64,000 nucleotides of DNA from the NCBI GenBank assembly GCA_965200245.1, contig CBDATS010000008.1, positions 192,001 to 256,000 of the forward strand, given 5' to 3'. Position 1 is the stretch's first letter. Every line of letters begins with the position of its first letter. The position numbers and the translations under genes were made by a program. The stretch is from a bacterium. Lineage in GTDB: Bacteria; UBA8248. Below the pieces are notes generated by a model. That model worked only from the letters and a program-made list of their open reading frames with translations. It was not told the DNA's origin and made no database searches. Positions 30,542 through 40,709 of the stretch are shown here, in pieces.

Positions 30542-32708
30542 GGTAAAGACCCATTCCTATTGCCATTAACTCCTCATGCGTGCCGCGCTGAACCTCCTTG
30601 CCGTGCTCAAGTACCACGATCAGGTCACTGTCTCGGATAGTGCTCAACCTGTGCGCGACGATTAGACAGGTGCAGCCACGTCGGCGTATCGCATCGTCAA
30701 TCTGCAACTCACTCACGGCGTCGAGTGCGCTGGTGGCCTCATCGAGAATCAGGACAGATGGGTTGCTTGTCAACGCCCGAGCGATCTCCAGACGTTGCCG
30801 TTGCCCCCCGCTGAAATTGCGCCCGCCCTCTTCGACTGCCGAGGCATAGCCCAGTGGGCGGGAGGTGATTTCTTCATGAATAGCTGCGTCACACGCCGCC
30901 GCCACGAGCGTGTGATCGGGTATCGTCGGGTTCCACAGGGCCAGGTTGTCATTCACGGTGCCAGCAAAAAGAACGATATTCTGGTCCACCATCGAGACGG
31001 AACTGGTAAGTATCTCACGAGGTATCTCGCTCCGAAGGTGGCCGTCAAACCGGACTTCACCGGACCAAGGCTGGTAAATACCAGCAACCAGAAGAGATAG
31101 TGTCGATTTGCCGGAGCCGCTCGGCCCTACGATTGCTACGCGCTGTCCCGGCTCAATTGTGAGATTGAAATTCTCGATCAATGGAGGACGATTTGGTTGA
31201 AAACCGAAGGTGACATTGTTGAGTTCCACGCGGCCAACGAGTTGCATCCGCCGGTTCAGCGTGACAACCCTTTCCGACTCGGTCCCTTCATCTCCGGCGA
31301 GTTCTTCGTCCAACTCGGCATCCAGTACATCATCCAGCCTGCGTAGATTGGCAGACATGGTTTGCAGTATGTTGGCGAACTGGACGAACCTTCCCACCGG
31401 TTGCAGGAAATTCATCGTCAGGACGTAAAAGGCGGTAAGTACACCAAGCGTCATTTCACCCGACATCACCCGCCACCCACCAAAGCCGATGACCAAGGCA
31501 GAACCGAGTACAAGAACCGTTGGCAGCAGCGATTGGACGACATGGCCGAGTTCCATGAATTTTTGTCTCGCGTTGATTTCACGTGCTTGATAGCCGCTGA
31601 AACGCGAGAAGAAACTGTTTTCCGAAGCGGTTGCCCTCAGCGTGTCCATGATGCTCAACCCGGCCATGCCGTGGCCCATCATCCTGCCCTGCTCATGGAG
31701 CAATGCATGGTTATGGTCGGTTTGCAGTTTCGTGACATAATGCATTACAAAGAGGCAAAGCAGGCCGAGCCCACCGACCGCAGCGCCCAGCAACGGTTCG
31801 AGATAGAGCATCAGAACCAGGAAGGCCAAGCTCATGATCAGTTGAATGACGATTCCTATCAACTGGACGGATCCGATCGATGCGATCAGGTCGATCATCT
31901 GCATGCGTGAGGTCAAATCGCCTGCGAAGCGGCGGCTGAAAAACTTCATTGGCAAACGCATTAATCGGTTCAGGTAGCGGTCCGATTGCTGGATGGACAG
32001 GACAAGAGAAACCTTTCGTAGTATGCGCATCTGGAGCCATGTCAACACATAAGATGAAAGGCCGACTGCAATGGTCAATCCGAGCACGATGCCGATCCAG
32101 TCATCCTGCGCATCGCCGATAACATGGTCTACGAAGGCGGATAGCAATATTGGCAGGGCGAGCCCAGACAGCACCAAGAGCAGGCCGCAGATGATGGCGT
32201 AGGCGAGAGCCGGACGCACGGGGTTCAGCCATGGCCAGAACTGTTTGAGCACTCCGGGAGGTGGTTCACTGGTCTCAAAGGATGGTCCCGGCTCCATTTC
32301 CATGGCAACGCCGGTAAAGCATCGGTCGAATTCGTCTTCACTGATAATACGGTGTCCCACCGCTGGATCGTTCACATAGTAACGGCCGTTTTCAACCCCC
32401 TCTAGGACGACAAAATGCCGGAACTCCCAGAACAGGATGAGTGGGATTTTCATTGGTGGCAGTTGGTGAAGTTCCTTGCGCCATGCCGAAGGTTGCAGAC
32501 CGTAGACGCGGGCCGCCTTGACAATGTCGGCGGCGCTGGCACCATCGCGTCCGACGGCGCAAGCCTCGCGTAACTCCTGTAGCGGAACCCATTTTCCCAG
32601 ATACGCGAGGATAATGCCGAGGCAAGCTGCACCGCATTCCGTGTTTTCGAGTTGCAAAAGTATAGGGGTGCGAACGCGAGCGCCGGACCTGCGTCTGAAC
32701 AAGGCCAT
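30519..32708 (-). CDS. NHLP/NHLM bacteriocin system ABC transporter with C39 peptidase
   Basis: RVRTPILLQLENTECGAACL and FWEFRHFVVLEG (catalytic Cys/His intact), GPSGSGKST, FSGGQRQRLEIARAL. Confidence 0.95.
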   Translation of the reverse strand: MALFRRRSGARVRTPILLQLENTECGAACLGIILAYLGKWVPLQELREACAVGRDGASAADIVKAARVYGLQPSAWRKELHQLPPMKIPLILFWEFRHFVVLEGVENGRYYVNDPAVGHRIISEDEFDRCFTGVAMEMEPGPSFETSEPPPGVLKQFWPWLNPVRPALAYAIICGLLLVLSGLALPILLSAFVDHVIGDAQDDWIGIVLGLTIAVGLSSYVLTWLQMRILRKVSLVLSIQQSDRYLNRLMRLPMKFFSRRFAGDLTSRMQMIDLIASIGSVQLIGIVIQLIMSLAFLVLMLYLEPLLGAAVGGLGLLCLFVMHYVTKLQTDHNHALLHEQGRMMGHGMAGLSIMDTLRATASENSFFSRFSGYQAREINARQKFMELGHVVQSLLPTVLVLGSALVIGFGGWRVMSGEMTLGVLTAFYVLTMNFLQPVGRFVQFANILQTMSANLRRLDDVLDAELDEELAGDEGTESERVVTLNRRMQLVGRVELNNVTFGFQPNRPPLIENFNLTIEPGQRVAIVGPSGSGKSTLSLLVAGIYQPWSGEVRFDGHLRSEIPREILTSSVSMVDQNIVLFAGTVNDNLALWNPTIPDHTLVAAACDAAIHEEITSRPLGYASAVEEGGRNFSGGQRQRLEIARALTSNPSVLILDEATSALDAVSELQIDDAIRRRGCTCLIVAHRLSTIRDSDLIVVLEHGKEVQRGTHEELMAIGMGLYHELIRSA

Positions 32709-33625
32709 TACCGAGAGGATGGTCCCGTATTGGCCAGAAGGGCCAGTGGCGATACCGTCTCCAGAATGATATGGATCCGGCAGGGCGCGGCATCTGACGG
32801 TACCGTATTTGGTTGTCCAAGCATGATTAGGCGCACCATATGTAGAGGCATTCTTTCTTTCCTCTCACCTTCTGCCAAAGCTATGCGGGACAACCACGCG
32901 GGTGGTAGTGACGCTCTGGGGGCTACTGTTTTTACCTCGGCAGGCACGGACTGCTGGTTGCGCAGATTGTCGATGATGACGCGCGCCCTCATACTCTTTC
33001 GCAGTTTCTGCGCCCGCGCCGGCGGAAGAAATGCCAAGATTTCCAGACCATCGTCTCCGCCTCTGCGCAGATCCGATACTGGCGTGCCGACATCCACGGC
33101 TTGTCCGACATGAAGATGAAACGCCGACACTACGCCCGAATAGGGAGCGACAATCGCGCTCGCAGCTCGGTGTGCGAGCAGTCCTACCAGCTCTTGGCGG
33201 GCCACCGCCAGAAGCCCGCCGTCGAAATTGGTACCTGGTCCGTCTTGACTGGCCTCGCGCTCCAACAAGGCGATTCTCTTCCGCAGAACGGTCAGTTGTG
33301 TATCGAGTTCTGGCAACCGAAGGCGAGCAATCGGCTGGCCCTCGGCAACTTCGTCGTTCACTCGAACCAGAATTTCCGACACGGTGCCCGTCGTTCCGGA
33401 CAGTATGGTATGACGCTCTCCCGAACGCAGGATGAAGCCGTTCGCGGTCATGCTTCGTTCCAGGCTGCCAAACGCCAACCAGACGCAAGCGGCGGCGAAT
33501 GCGATAAGAAAACCGGTCAGGATGAGCCATTCATGCGGCGCCGTAATGCGCAGCAAATCATCCAGAGGATCCGGATTTGATTGCCTGAGAATGGCACGTT
33601 CCCGAAAGAGCCCTAGCGTAAACAT
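32708..33625 (-). CDS. NHLP/NHLM bacteriocin system secretion protein (HlyD family)
   Basis: LFRERAI..QSNPDPLDDLLRITAPHEW N-terminus, single TM, lipoyl motifs; first gene of the exporter triad. Confidence 0.9.
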   Translation of the reverse strand: MFTLGLFRERAILRQSNPDPLDDLLRITAPHEWLILTGFLIAFAAACVWLAFGSLERSMTANGFILRSGERHTILSGTTGTVSEILVRVNDEVAEGQPIARLRLPELDTQLTVLRKRIALLEREASQDGPGTNFDGGLLAVARQELVGLLAHRAASAIVAPYSGVVSAFHLHVGQAVDVGTPVSDLRRGGDDGLEILAFLPPARAQKLRKSMRARVIIDNLRNQQSVPAEVKTVAPRASLPPAWLSRIALAEGERKERMPLHMVRLIMLGQPNTVPSDAAPCRIHIILETVSPLALLANTGPSSR

Positions 33626-33956
33626 TGTCAGGCAAACCCGCTTTCATACATCTAGTTAGGCAGAAGTAACTATATCAAAGGATAAACTTAACAAAAAAAA
33701 AACCAATGTCAATACCGCACCATGAGTGGCTGCCAGCCATTTCCCGGTGAAAGGAGGAAAGAAGAGCCAGTCCCCATTGATTCCATAACCTTGGGAAGAT
33801 CGACGAGAATCAAGCCGCCTCCGAGAAACTCATTTCCCGGTAGAACCAAACGCCGCCTTTCTGTTGCAATTCTCTGTCCCGCCCTCTAGGATATTCTGAG
33901 TTTCCGCGAATCCGTTCCAGGAACTGTCACCCATCCAAAACCGCGAGGATACAGGC

Positions 33957-35654
33957 GTGAAATCCACATTCATTCTCACCATTGCTATCTTTACCTTATT
34001 CACAGCGAATGCGGCCCATTTTGCACGCGGCGCAGATGGGCATCTGCGCATCATTTACTGGCAGGCACCTTCCACCATGAACCCCTATCTCTCGGGCGGC
34101 ACCAAGGAGATAGAGGCCGCATCGCTGGTTCTGGAGCCCCTCGCGCGTTACGACCAAAACGGGAACATGGGGCCCTGGCTCGCCGAGCGGGTTCCCACGC
34201 TGGAAAACGGCGGTGTCTCGAAGGATTTGCGCACCATCACTTGGAAGCTCAAGAGCGGTCTCAAGTGGGCCGACGGAACAGCGGTGACAGCGAAGGACGT
34301 GGTGTTTACTTGGAAATACTGCACGCATCCCCAAGGGGGGTGTTCGCAGAGCGAGAAATACAACGATGTGAAGAACGTCGAGGCCTTGGACGCGCTCACA
34401 ATGCGTGTGACCTTCGGTATCCCAAAACCTTTTCCCTACGGGCCGTTTGTCGGCGCGCAGGCGCCTATCATCAAGGCGGCACAGTTCGCCGACTGCTTGG
34501 GCGCCAAGGCACCGCGTTGTACCGACGCCAATTTCAAGCCCGTGGGCACGGGTCCTTTCTCCGTAGCAGAGTTTCGTCCGAACGACGTCATCTCTTTCGT
34601 GGCCAACCCCAACTACCGCGACCCGGCAAAGCCGGCCTTCGCGCGTGTGACCTTCAAGGGAGGTGGCGACGCAGCGGCGGCGGCCCGATCGGTCCTGGAG
34701 ACTGGCGAGTTTGACTACGCCTGGAACTTGCAACTTGCCCCCGACGTGCTGGCGAACATGAAAAAGGCGGGCAAGGGAGTGGTCATATCCTCGTTCGGTA
34801 CGCTGGTCGAGCGCATCGTCGTGAACCTGACGAATCCCGATTCCAAACTCGGCAAGGAGCGCTCCACTGTCAAGCACCCGCATCCTTTCCTTTCTGACCC
34901 AAGCGTGCGTAAGGCGCTTTCGATGGCCATCGATAGAAAACTGCTCGTGGAAATCGGCTATGGACCCGCCGGCAGGCCGATTTGCAACATTCTCCCCGCC
35001 CCCATCATCTATAAGTCTACTGCCAACGACGGTTGCCTCAAGCAAGACATTCCCGGCGCGAACAAGTTACTGGATAAGGTGGGTTGGAAGCGCGGGCCGG
35101 ACGGCGTGCGGCGCAAAAACGGTGTGAAACTCTCGATTCTCTACCAGACTTCCACCAACGCCGTACGACAGGATTTCCAGGCTCTCATCAAGCAGTGGTG
35201 GTCCAAAATCGGTGTAGAGACAGAACTTCGCAACATCAGTGCCTCGGTGTTCTTTGGTGGCGATCCAGCAAGCGGCGACACCTTTCAGAAATTCCAGGCA
35301 GATGTGGAGATGTACGCCAACAACTTCGACGGCACGGATCCGGAATCCTACATGGCGAACTGGGCGTGCAAGGAAGTACCGAGTCCCGCTACACAGTGGC
35401 AAGGCAACAACGTGCCGCGCTACTGTGATCCTGCCTACGACGTGCTCGTCTCCAGGATGGCGCGCGCGGGCGCGCTGAAAGAACGCGCCCGCCTCGCCAA
35501 GGCCATGAACGACAAGCTAATGCAAGCTTACGTGCTCATACCGCTAGTCGACCGCGGGCGCGTATCGGCCCATTCGAAAAAGTTGAGCGGCGTGGTTCTG
35601 AACACCTGGGACTCGGAACTGTGGAACATCGCCGACTGGCGCCGCGTCAAATAG
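33957..35654 (+). CDS. peptide/oligopeptide ABC transporter substrate-binding protein
   Basis: Signal peptide; WQAPSTMNPYLSGGTKE, KWADGTAVTAKDVVFTW and PVGTGPF SBP family 5 motifs. Confidence 0.95.
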   Translation: MKSTFILTIAIFTLFTANAAHFARGADGHLRIIYWQAPSTMNPYLSGGTKEIEAASLVLEPLARYDQNGNMGPWLAERVPTLENGGVSKDLRTITWKLKSGLKWADGTAVTAKDVVFTWKYCTHPQGGCSQSEKYNDVKNVEALDALTMRVTFGIPKPFPYGPFVGAQAPIIKAAQFADCLGAKAPRCTDANFKPVGTGPFSVAEFRPNDVISFVANPNYRDPAKPAFARVTFKGGGDAAAAARSVLETGEFDYAWNLQLAPDVLANMKKAGKGVVISSFGTLVERIVVNLTNPDSKLGKERSTVKHPHPFLSDPSVRKALSMAIDRKLLVEIGYGPAGRPICNILPAPIIYKSTANDGCLKQDIPGANKLLDKVGWKRGPDGVRRKNGVKLSILYQTSTNAVRQDFQALIKQWWSKIGVETELRNISASVFFGGDPASGDTFQKFQADVEMYANNFDGTDPESYMANWACKEVPSPATQWQGNNVPRYCDPAYDVLVSRMARAGALKERARLAKAMNDKLMQAYVLIPLVDRGRVSAHSKKLSGVVLNTWDSELWNIADWRRVK

Positions 35655-35698
35655 GCCCGCGCGCCGCATAAGGACACAGCGAGCGAAGCGTCCGAGCG

Positions 35699-36706
35699 AT
35701 GGCGACCTACACGTTGAGGCGGTTGGTTTTCGCCGTTCCTACGCTGTCTTTCATCAGTCTTGTCATATTTCTGTTGCTCGACTTGGCGCCAAGCGACCCG
35801 ACGGCGAGTCTGCCGCTTACGATTCCGCCCGAGGTGCGCCAGAAAATCCGCGAGTCCCTGGGCTTGGGACAGCCCATCCACATCCGATATCTGTTGTGGT
35901 GCAAACAGTTTTTCATCAACGAGCCGCTGAACGTTATAGATGCACTGCTCGGCGTCTCGGGCGACTCCGGGCGGCTCCGTGTACTGAGCTGGCAGACGCG
36001 CTCCCCGGTTGTGGACTTGATAATCGAGCGCCTGCCGCAAACCCTTTGGGTCGTGGGGCTTTCCTACGTGCTTGGCGTCTTGATTGCGATACCCCTCGGC
36101 ATCGTCTCGGCATACAGGCAATACAGTTGGTTCGATCAGATAAGCACTTTCGTTTCCACCGTAGGGTTTTCGGTGCCGACGTTCTTTACCGGCGTGTTGA
36201 TGATCGTGGTGTTCTCCGTCAGCCTCGGCTGGTTTCCATCCATCTATGACACCACACATCGCGTGGTGGACTGGAGCAGCTTTCTCGTGCAGGCGCGTCA
36301 AATGGCGATGCCGGTATTCGTGCTCGCCCTCTATAACGCAGCCCAGATCGCTCGCTTCATGCGTGCTTCCATGCTTGAGAACTTAGGCCAAGACTATGTA
36401 CGCACCGCCAGAGGCAAGGGCTTGCATGAGCGATGGATTCTCTTTGTCCACGTCCTGCGCAACTCGATGATTCCCGTTGTCACCGTCATCGCACTCGGTG
36501 TGCCCCAGGTCTTTGGAGGGGCCATCATCACCGAGCAGATTTTCAAAGTGAACGGGCTGGGGCAGTTGCTCATTGTCGCCATCCAGGGGGGAGACTTGCC
36601 GACCGTACAGACACTGACTTTCATCTTCGCGGGGCTGATCGTGGGGTTCAACCTCGTGGCCGACATCCTCTACGGGGTTCTGGACCCCACCATTCGCTAT
36701 GATTAG
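35699..36706 (+). CDS. peptide ABC transporter permease (OppB/DppB type)
   Basis: RFMRASMLENLGQDYVRTARGKGL EAA loop; ITEQIF..NGLG. Confidence 0.95.
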   Translation: MATYTLRRLVFAVPTLSFISLVIFLLLDLAPSDPTASLPLTIPPEVRQKIRESLGLGQPIHIRYLLWCKQFFINEPLNVIDALLGVSGDSGRLRVLSWQTRSPVVDLIIERLPQTLWVVGLSYVLGVLIAIPLGIVSAYRQYSWFDQISTFVSTVGFSVPTFFTGVLMIVVFSVSLGWFPSIYDTTHRVVDWSSFLVQARQMAMPVFVLALYNAAQIARFMRASMLENLGQDYVRTARGKGLHERWILFVHVLRNSMIPVVTVIALGVPQVFGGAIITEQIFKVNGLGQLLIVAIQGGDLPTVQTLTFIFAGLIVGFNLVADILYGVLDPTIRYD

Positions 36707-37571
36707 CGCAAGACGCGGTGCATGGGCGCAGTTCCGCACCCACCGGGGGGCGATGATAGGGGCGGGGATTCTGATCGTTGCGGCGCTGGCTGTCACTCTC
36801 GGCCCGCTCCTTTGGACCATCGATCCGCACCTCATCGACATACGCGCTCGCAACAGGGGAATCAGTCTGGCACATCCACTCGGAGCCGACCGCCTCGGCC
36901 GCGACACCTTGGCGCGCATGCTTGCGGGCGGGCGCGTTTCACTCGCGGTGGCGGGCGCCGCCATGGGCCTGGCCCTCTCAGTGGGCGCCGTGATCGGGGT
37001 GGTTTCTGGCTACTTCAGGCGGCTGGATGGCCCGCTCATGCGTCTTGCTGACCTTTTTCTGGCGCTGCCGCTTCTGCCGCTTCTGCTCGTGATCATCGCT
37101 CTGTTTCGCGACGCCCTGCGCACTGCCTTCGGGCCCGAGACCGGTATCTTCATCCTTATCGCCTCGGTGATCGGCCTGACTTCTTGGATGAAGACCGCCC
37201 GCATCGTGCGCGGCGAGGTGCTCGCCCTCAAGGAGCGCGAGTTCGTGCTCGCTTCAGGCGCGCTTGGGGCGTCCACGGGACGCATCATCTTCCGCCACAT
37301 CCTGCTAGGCGTCGTCTCGTCCATTATGATCTCGGCAGCCTTGGGCGTAGGCGACGCCATCATCACCGAATCGGCTCTCTCCTTCTTGGGACTGGGTTTT
37401 CCGCCGGACTTTCCCACTTGGGGGAGGCTGCTCTATGACTCGACCGATTATCTCCAGCAATACCCCGAGCGCGTCCTTTGGCCCGGCCTCGCGATTTCGC
37501 TCACCGTGTTGAGCATCAACTACGTGGGCGATGGGCTGCGCGACGCGCTCGACCCCCGATCGCGGGCATGA
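36699..37571 (+). CDS. peptide ABC transporter permease (OppC/DppC type)
   Basis: HPLGADRLGRD, REFVLASGALGAS, ESALSFLGLG and GDGLRDALDP. Confidence 0.95.
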   Translation: MISARRGAWAQFRTHRGAMIGAGILIVAALAVTLGPLLWTIDPHLIDIRARNRGISLAHPLGADRLGRDTLARMLAGGRVSLAVAGAAMGLALSVGAVIGVVSGYFRRLDGPLMRLADLFLALPLLPLLLVIIALFRDALRTAFGPETGIFILIASVIGLTSWMKTARIVRGEVLALKEREFVLASGALGASTGRIIFRHILLGVVSSIMISAALGVGDAIITESALSFLGLGFPPDFPTWGRLLYDSTDYLQQYPERVLWPGLAISLTVLSINYVGDGLRDALDPRSRA

Positions 37572-37738
37572 TCGCAGCCCGCCCGAAGCACCTTTCCGGG
37601 CGAACCTGGATGCGCTTTCATCCTTGCGCAGACGAGTGAGCTCTGGCACGATTCATCCTCGGTAGAATACTCTCAAGACATGGCAATACGCCGGTTCGAA
37701 TGTTCTGACCGGCGCCCCTTTGTACAGGAACGACCGAC

Positions 37739-38191
37739 ATGGCCGATAATCAGAACGTCACCTTCATTTGCCCCGCGTGTGGGAAGAACGAACTGCCTCT
37801 TGAGGGCGCAGGCGATCCAAACGAAATCCTCTACATCGAACTCGCGGAAATGGATACCTGCGACGAGGCGCAGACGGCGCGCTTCGTCTTTGGCGATTCG
37901 TTCACCAAAGGTTTCGGAGGCGTGGTGCGCGACGTGGACGCGGAAGGAGAGGAACGCGTGCGCTGGGTTCCCCCGAGGGCGGTGGTGGCGTATCACTTCG
38001 CGAGAAACGAAGAGCGAATCGGCTATGCAGAGCCGATGAACGACTTCTACCCCCAGCCGCTCTACCGCAATCTCTCAAAGGGCGGAGACGTGGAGAATGT
38101 ATTCGTCGCCATGGCGTTTCTACCCCACAACGAGTCCATGACGTCCCAGATGCGTGCACGGGGAGAGGCGCTTGCCAAAGCTCTGGGGTAA
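37739..38191 (+). CDS. hypothetical protein with N-terminal CxxC
   Basis: AGGA RBS, coding-like GC3, FICPACGK; no family recognised. Confidence 0.6.
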   Translation: MADNQNVTFICPACGKNELPLEGAGDPNEILYIELAEMDTCDEAQTARFVFGDSFTKGFGGVVRDVDAEGEERVRWVPPRAVVAYHFARNEERIGYAEPMNDFYPQPLYRNLSKGGDVENVFVAMAFLPHNESMTSQMRARGEALAKALG

Positions 38192-38845
38192 AGAGTCGCT
38201 GAAAAAACGCTGATTTCGATAGACCCAACCGGGAAGAAGGTCCATAGCGGATAGGCTCCTGTGCCTGTCCGAGTTGCAACCTGAGGGACAGCCCCGAGGA
38301 GGGGTTGTCACTACCAAGCAGTTCAGCCTTGTTCGTCTTAGGAACGCAAGAAGTGGTCGACGCTTGGTGTCATCCTCGAACAGATTGTTATCTATTGAGT
38401 TACATGATATTTCGAACTCTCATCTAATCTCCTGGTCTCAACATGAAATCAAAACGAAAGCGGATTCATTGCAAGTGTCGCATATCACCTTGTGCCCGAG
38501 TCGGGCAAACATTCTTCCGGCCGTGACGATAGTGACAGCAACGGCTCGTTATCCTGTTCGAACACGGCAGACCCGATTCGGTGTTTTCGCGACTCGACCC
38601 AGGTGATGCAGTAGTCCCCTCTGTCATTGCCCGGACAAACAATTCCCGTGCCGGCAAGATGATGAGAAGGATGGACTCTCCCGACAAAATCACACTGGAA
38701 CAAGAAGATAAAGCATACCGCCTGGCACGATGGGTTGCCGATGTAACAGGTCCACATCATCGACCTTGAGCCTGGCAGGGTTTTCCACTCCATTTGAGGA
38801 AAAACGCTCTGCACTCCCAATCCGTTGGACGAGAAAGCAATCATC

Positions 38846-38887
38846 TGGAACGAGAGGACGGACAAGTGGAACGAGAGGACGGACAAG
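38846..38887. repeat. 21-bp tandem duplication
   Basis: TGGAACGAGAGGACGGACAAG twice in direct tandem. Confidence 0.9.
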
Positions 38888-39311
38888 AAAATGCAGCAAG
38901 CCCGGAAGTGGCGCAAACGGATGATCGAGCTATTGACTCACCGCATTTTCAATTCATCGGGCAAGAGAACCTCCTTCGAGTCTGTGGTACATTTGCGCCG
39001 CCACTCTGGCACCTAATCGCGTGACCATTGACAGGAGTGGTTACGTTGAAAGAGAATCACCGGCTAGATAGGTTCGTATCTGCACTGGAGAATACTCCTT
39101 GCGGAACACGAATTGATGGCAAGGCATCTGACACCGCCCGGTTTCCGGAGAAAATCGATGGCCGAAGCATATCTCCAGCGGCTTCTCGATTACGGTACCG
39201 TAAAGCACGGTTCACAGATGTTTCCAAAGCTTTATGAGGGTGGATGAGAACTGACCCATAGAAAACCAGGGGTGACGAGTTATATCCTTGCGTATAAATG
39301 GAGTGGGAAAG

Positions 39312-40164
39312 ATGAAAAACTTGCTGACCGCAGTGCTGGTTACCTTGTTGGCAACCGGAATGGCTCAAGCGCAGCAACCCGATCCCGACAAGCCCGTGAT
39401 GACCAAAGTCACTGAGGGAGTCTATCACTATTTCCACCACCACTACTCGAGCCTCGTCGTAGTTACCGACGAAGGCGTAATCGTCACCGACCCTTCAGGT
39501 GCAGCGCGGGCAGCGGTGATGCGCAAGGAAATCCGCAAGCTCACCGACCTGCCGGTGAAGAAGGTGATCTATTCGCATGATCATTTCGATCATTCGCGAG
39601 GTGGCCAGATATTCAAGGACGAGGGAGCAGAATTCATCGCTCATGAAAAATGCATTGAACTGATGAGCCGGGACCTGGAAAAACAGGTGGTTCTGCCCGA
39701 CGTAACCTATAGCGACAAGATGAGTGTGCAACTCGGCGGCAAGACCGTGAATCTACACTATTACGGCCCCAATGACGGCGACTGTATGAGCGTGATCCAC
39801 ATGCCAAGGGAAAAGTTCTGGTTGCCGTGGACTGGCATCTATAAGGCTACGTGAACGAACCCTATCGCCTCAACACGCACAACTATATCGCTATCCTCAA
39901 TACCATGAAGCGGGTCCGCAAGGAACTGGATTTTGACTTCGTGATTTCGGGGCACATGCCAAAGTCGTCGCCGGAGCAGTTCGAAGAAGATTTCCGCTTC
40001 AACTAGGCTCTGTTCAACGCCGTATGGAAAGGCAGGCAGGCAAATCGGTGGCGGAACTGAAGTGATCTGTCAAGCTGCCCGAGTTTAGCCACTGGCGTGG
40101 GTATGAACGGAATCTGCCCGCTCACGTCGAACGAATGGCCTATTCGATCTGGCATGGAAATTGA
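39312..40164 (+). pseudogene. secreted metallo-beta-lactamase-fold protein, inactivated
   Basis: Signal peptide and SHDHFDH motif. Frameshift at the A run ~39811-39814, TAA 39842, TAG 40004 and a further shift; remnants VISGH and VKLPEFSHWRGYE..LPAHVERM continue to TGA 40162-40164. Confidence 0.85.
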
Positions 40165-40709
40165 GTTTGAACGCTGGGGAGTGCGTGTACAGACGAATCG
40201 CCCGGAACTTCTCACTAAACCGATACTGAAAATCGAAGTTGGAGTCGTGCGGATATCGTGGGCGCATTTCGCCTTGTTGAGACAGGCGATCACTGATGGA
40301 GGTCAAGTCTCCTGCTCAATCTTCTGTTCAGTCCATGGAATCATGGAACATCCACATTAGGAATATTACTGCCAGAAACACCACCAGGTTATCGTTACGC
40401 ATGCTTCTCGGACCCTCCATGCCATCGCTTGTTTTGTTTGATTATCCTGGCTGAATCCTGCCATACCTTGGTAGGCGATGCTTTCTGGAACATGAGCATG
40501 GGATTTCAAAGTGACACTACGCTTCTTTGCGTGCGTGCGGGAAGTAACGTGCTCAGGACCCTGGGACTCTGGACTGGATCACGCAGGACTTCCGGCCCGT
40601 GGCGTCCGTGCCCCGAGGCCAGCCAGGTTCTGGTCTCAGAACAGATTGTTATTTCCCCGAACTTCCAAGGTGTTGATCACGCGCTTGGTGAGTCTATAGC
40701 TTTCTATGG

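Larger units (their letters stand above)
20135..40400. mobile_element. decaying genomic island downstream of tRNA-Arg(TCG) (boundaries approximate)
   Basis: AT-rich tract right after the tRNA 3' end, IS remnant, several pseudogenes and accessory RiPP/transport genes before the core gatB gene. No integrase or duplicated tRNA end was seen. Confidence 0.55.

Noticed and set aside
38846-38887. CRISPR-like repeat
   Set aside because: Only two adjacent copies with no spacer and no cas genes; a simple tandem duplication.
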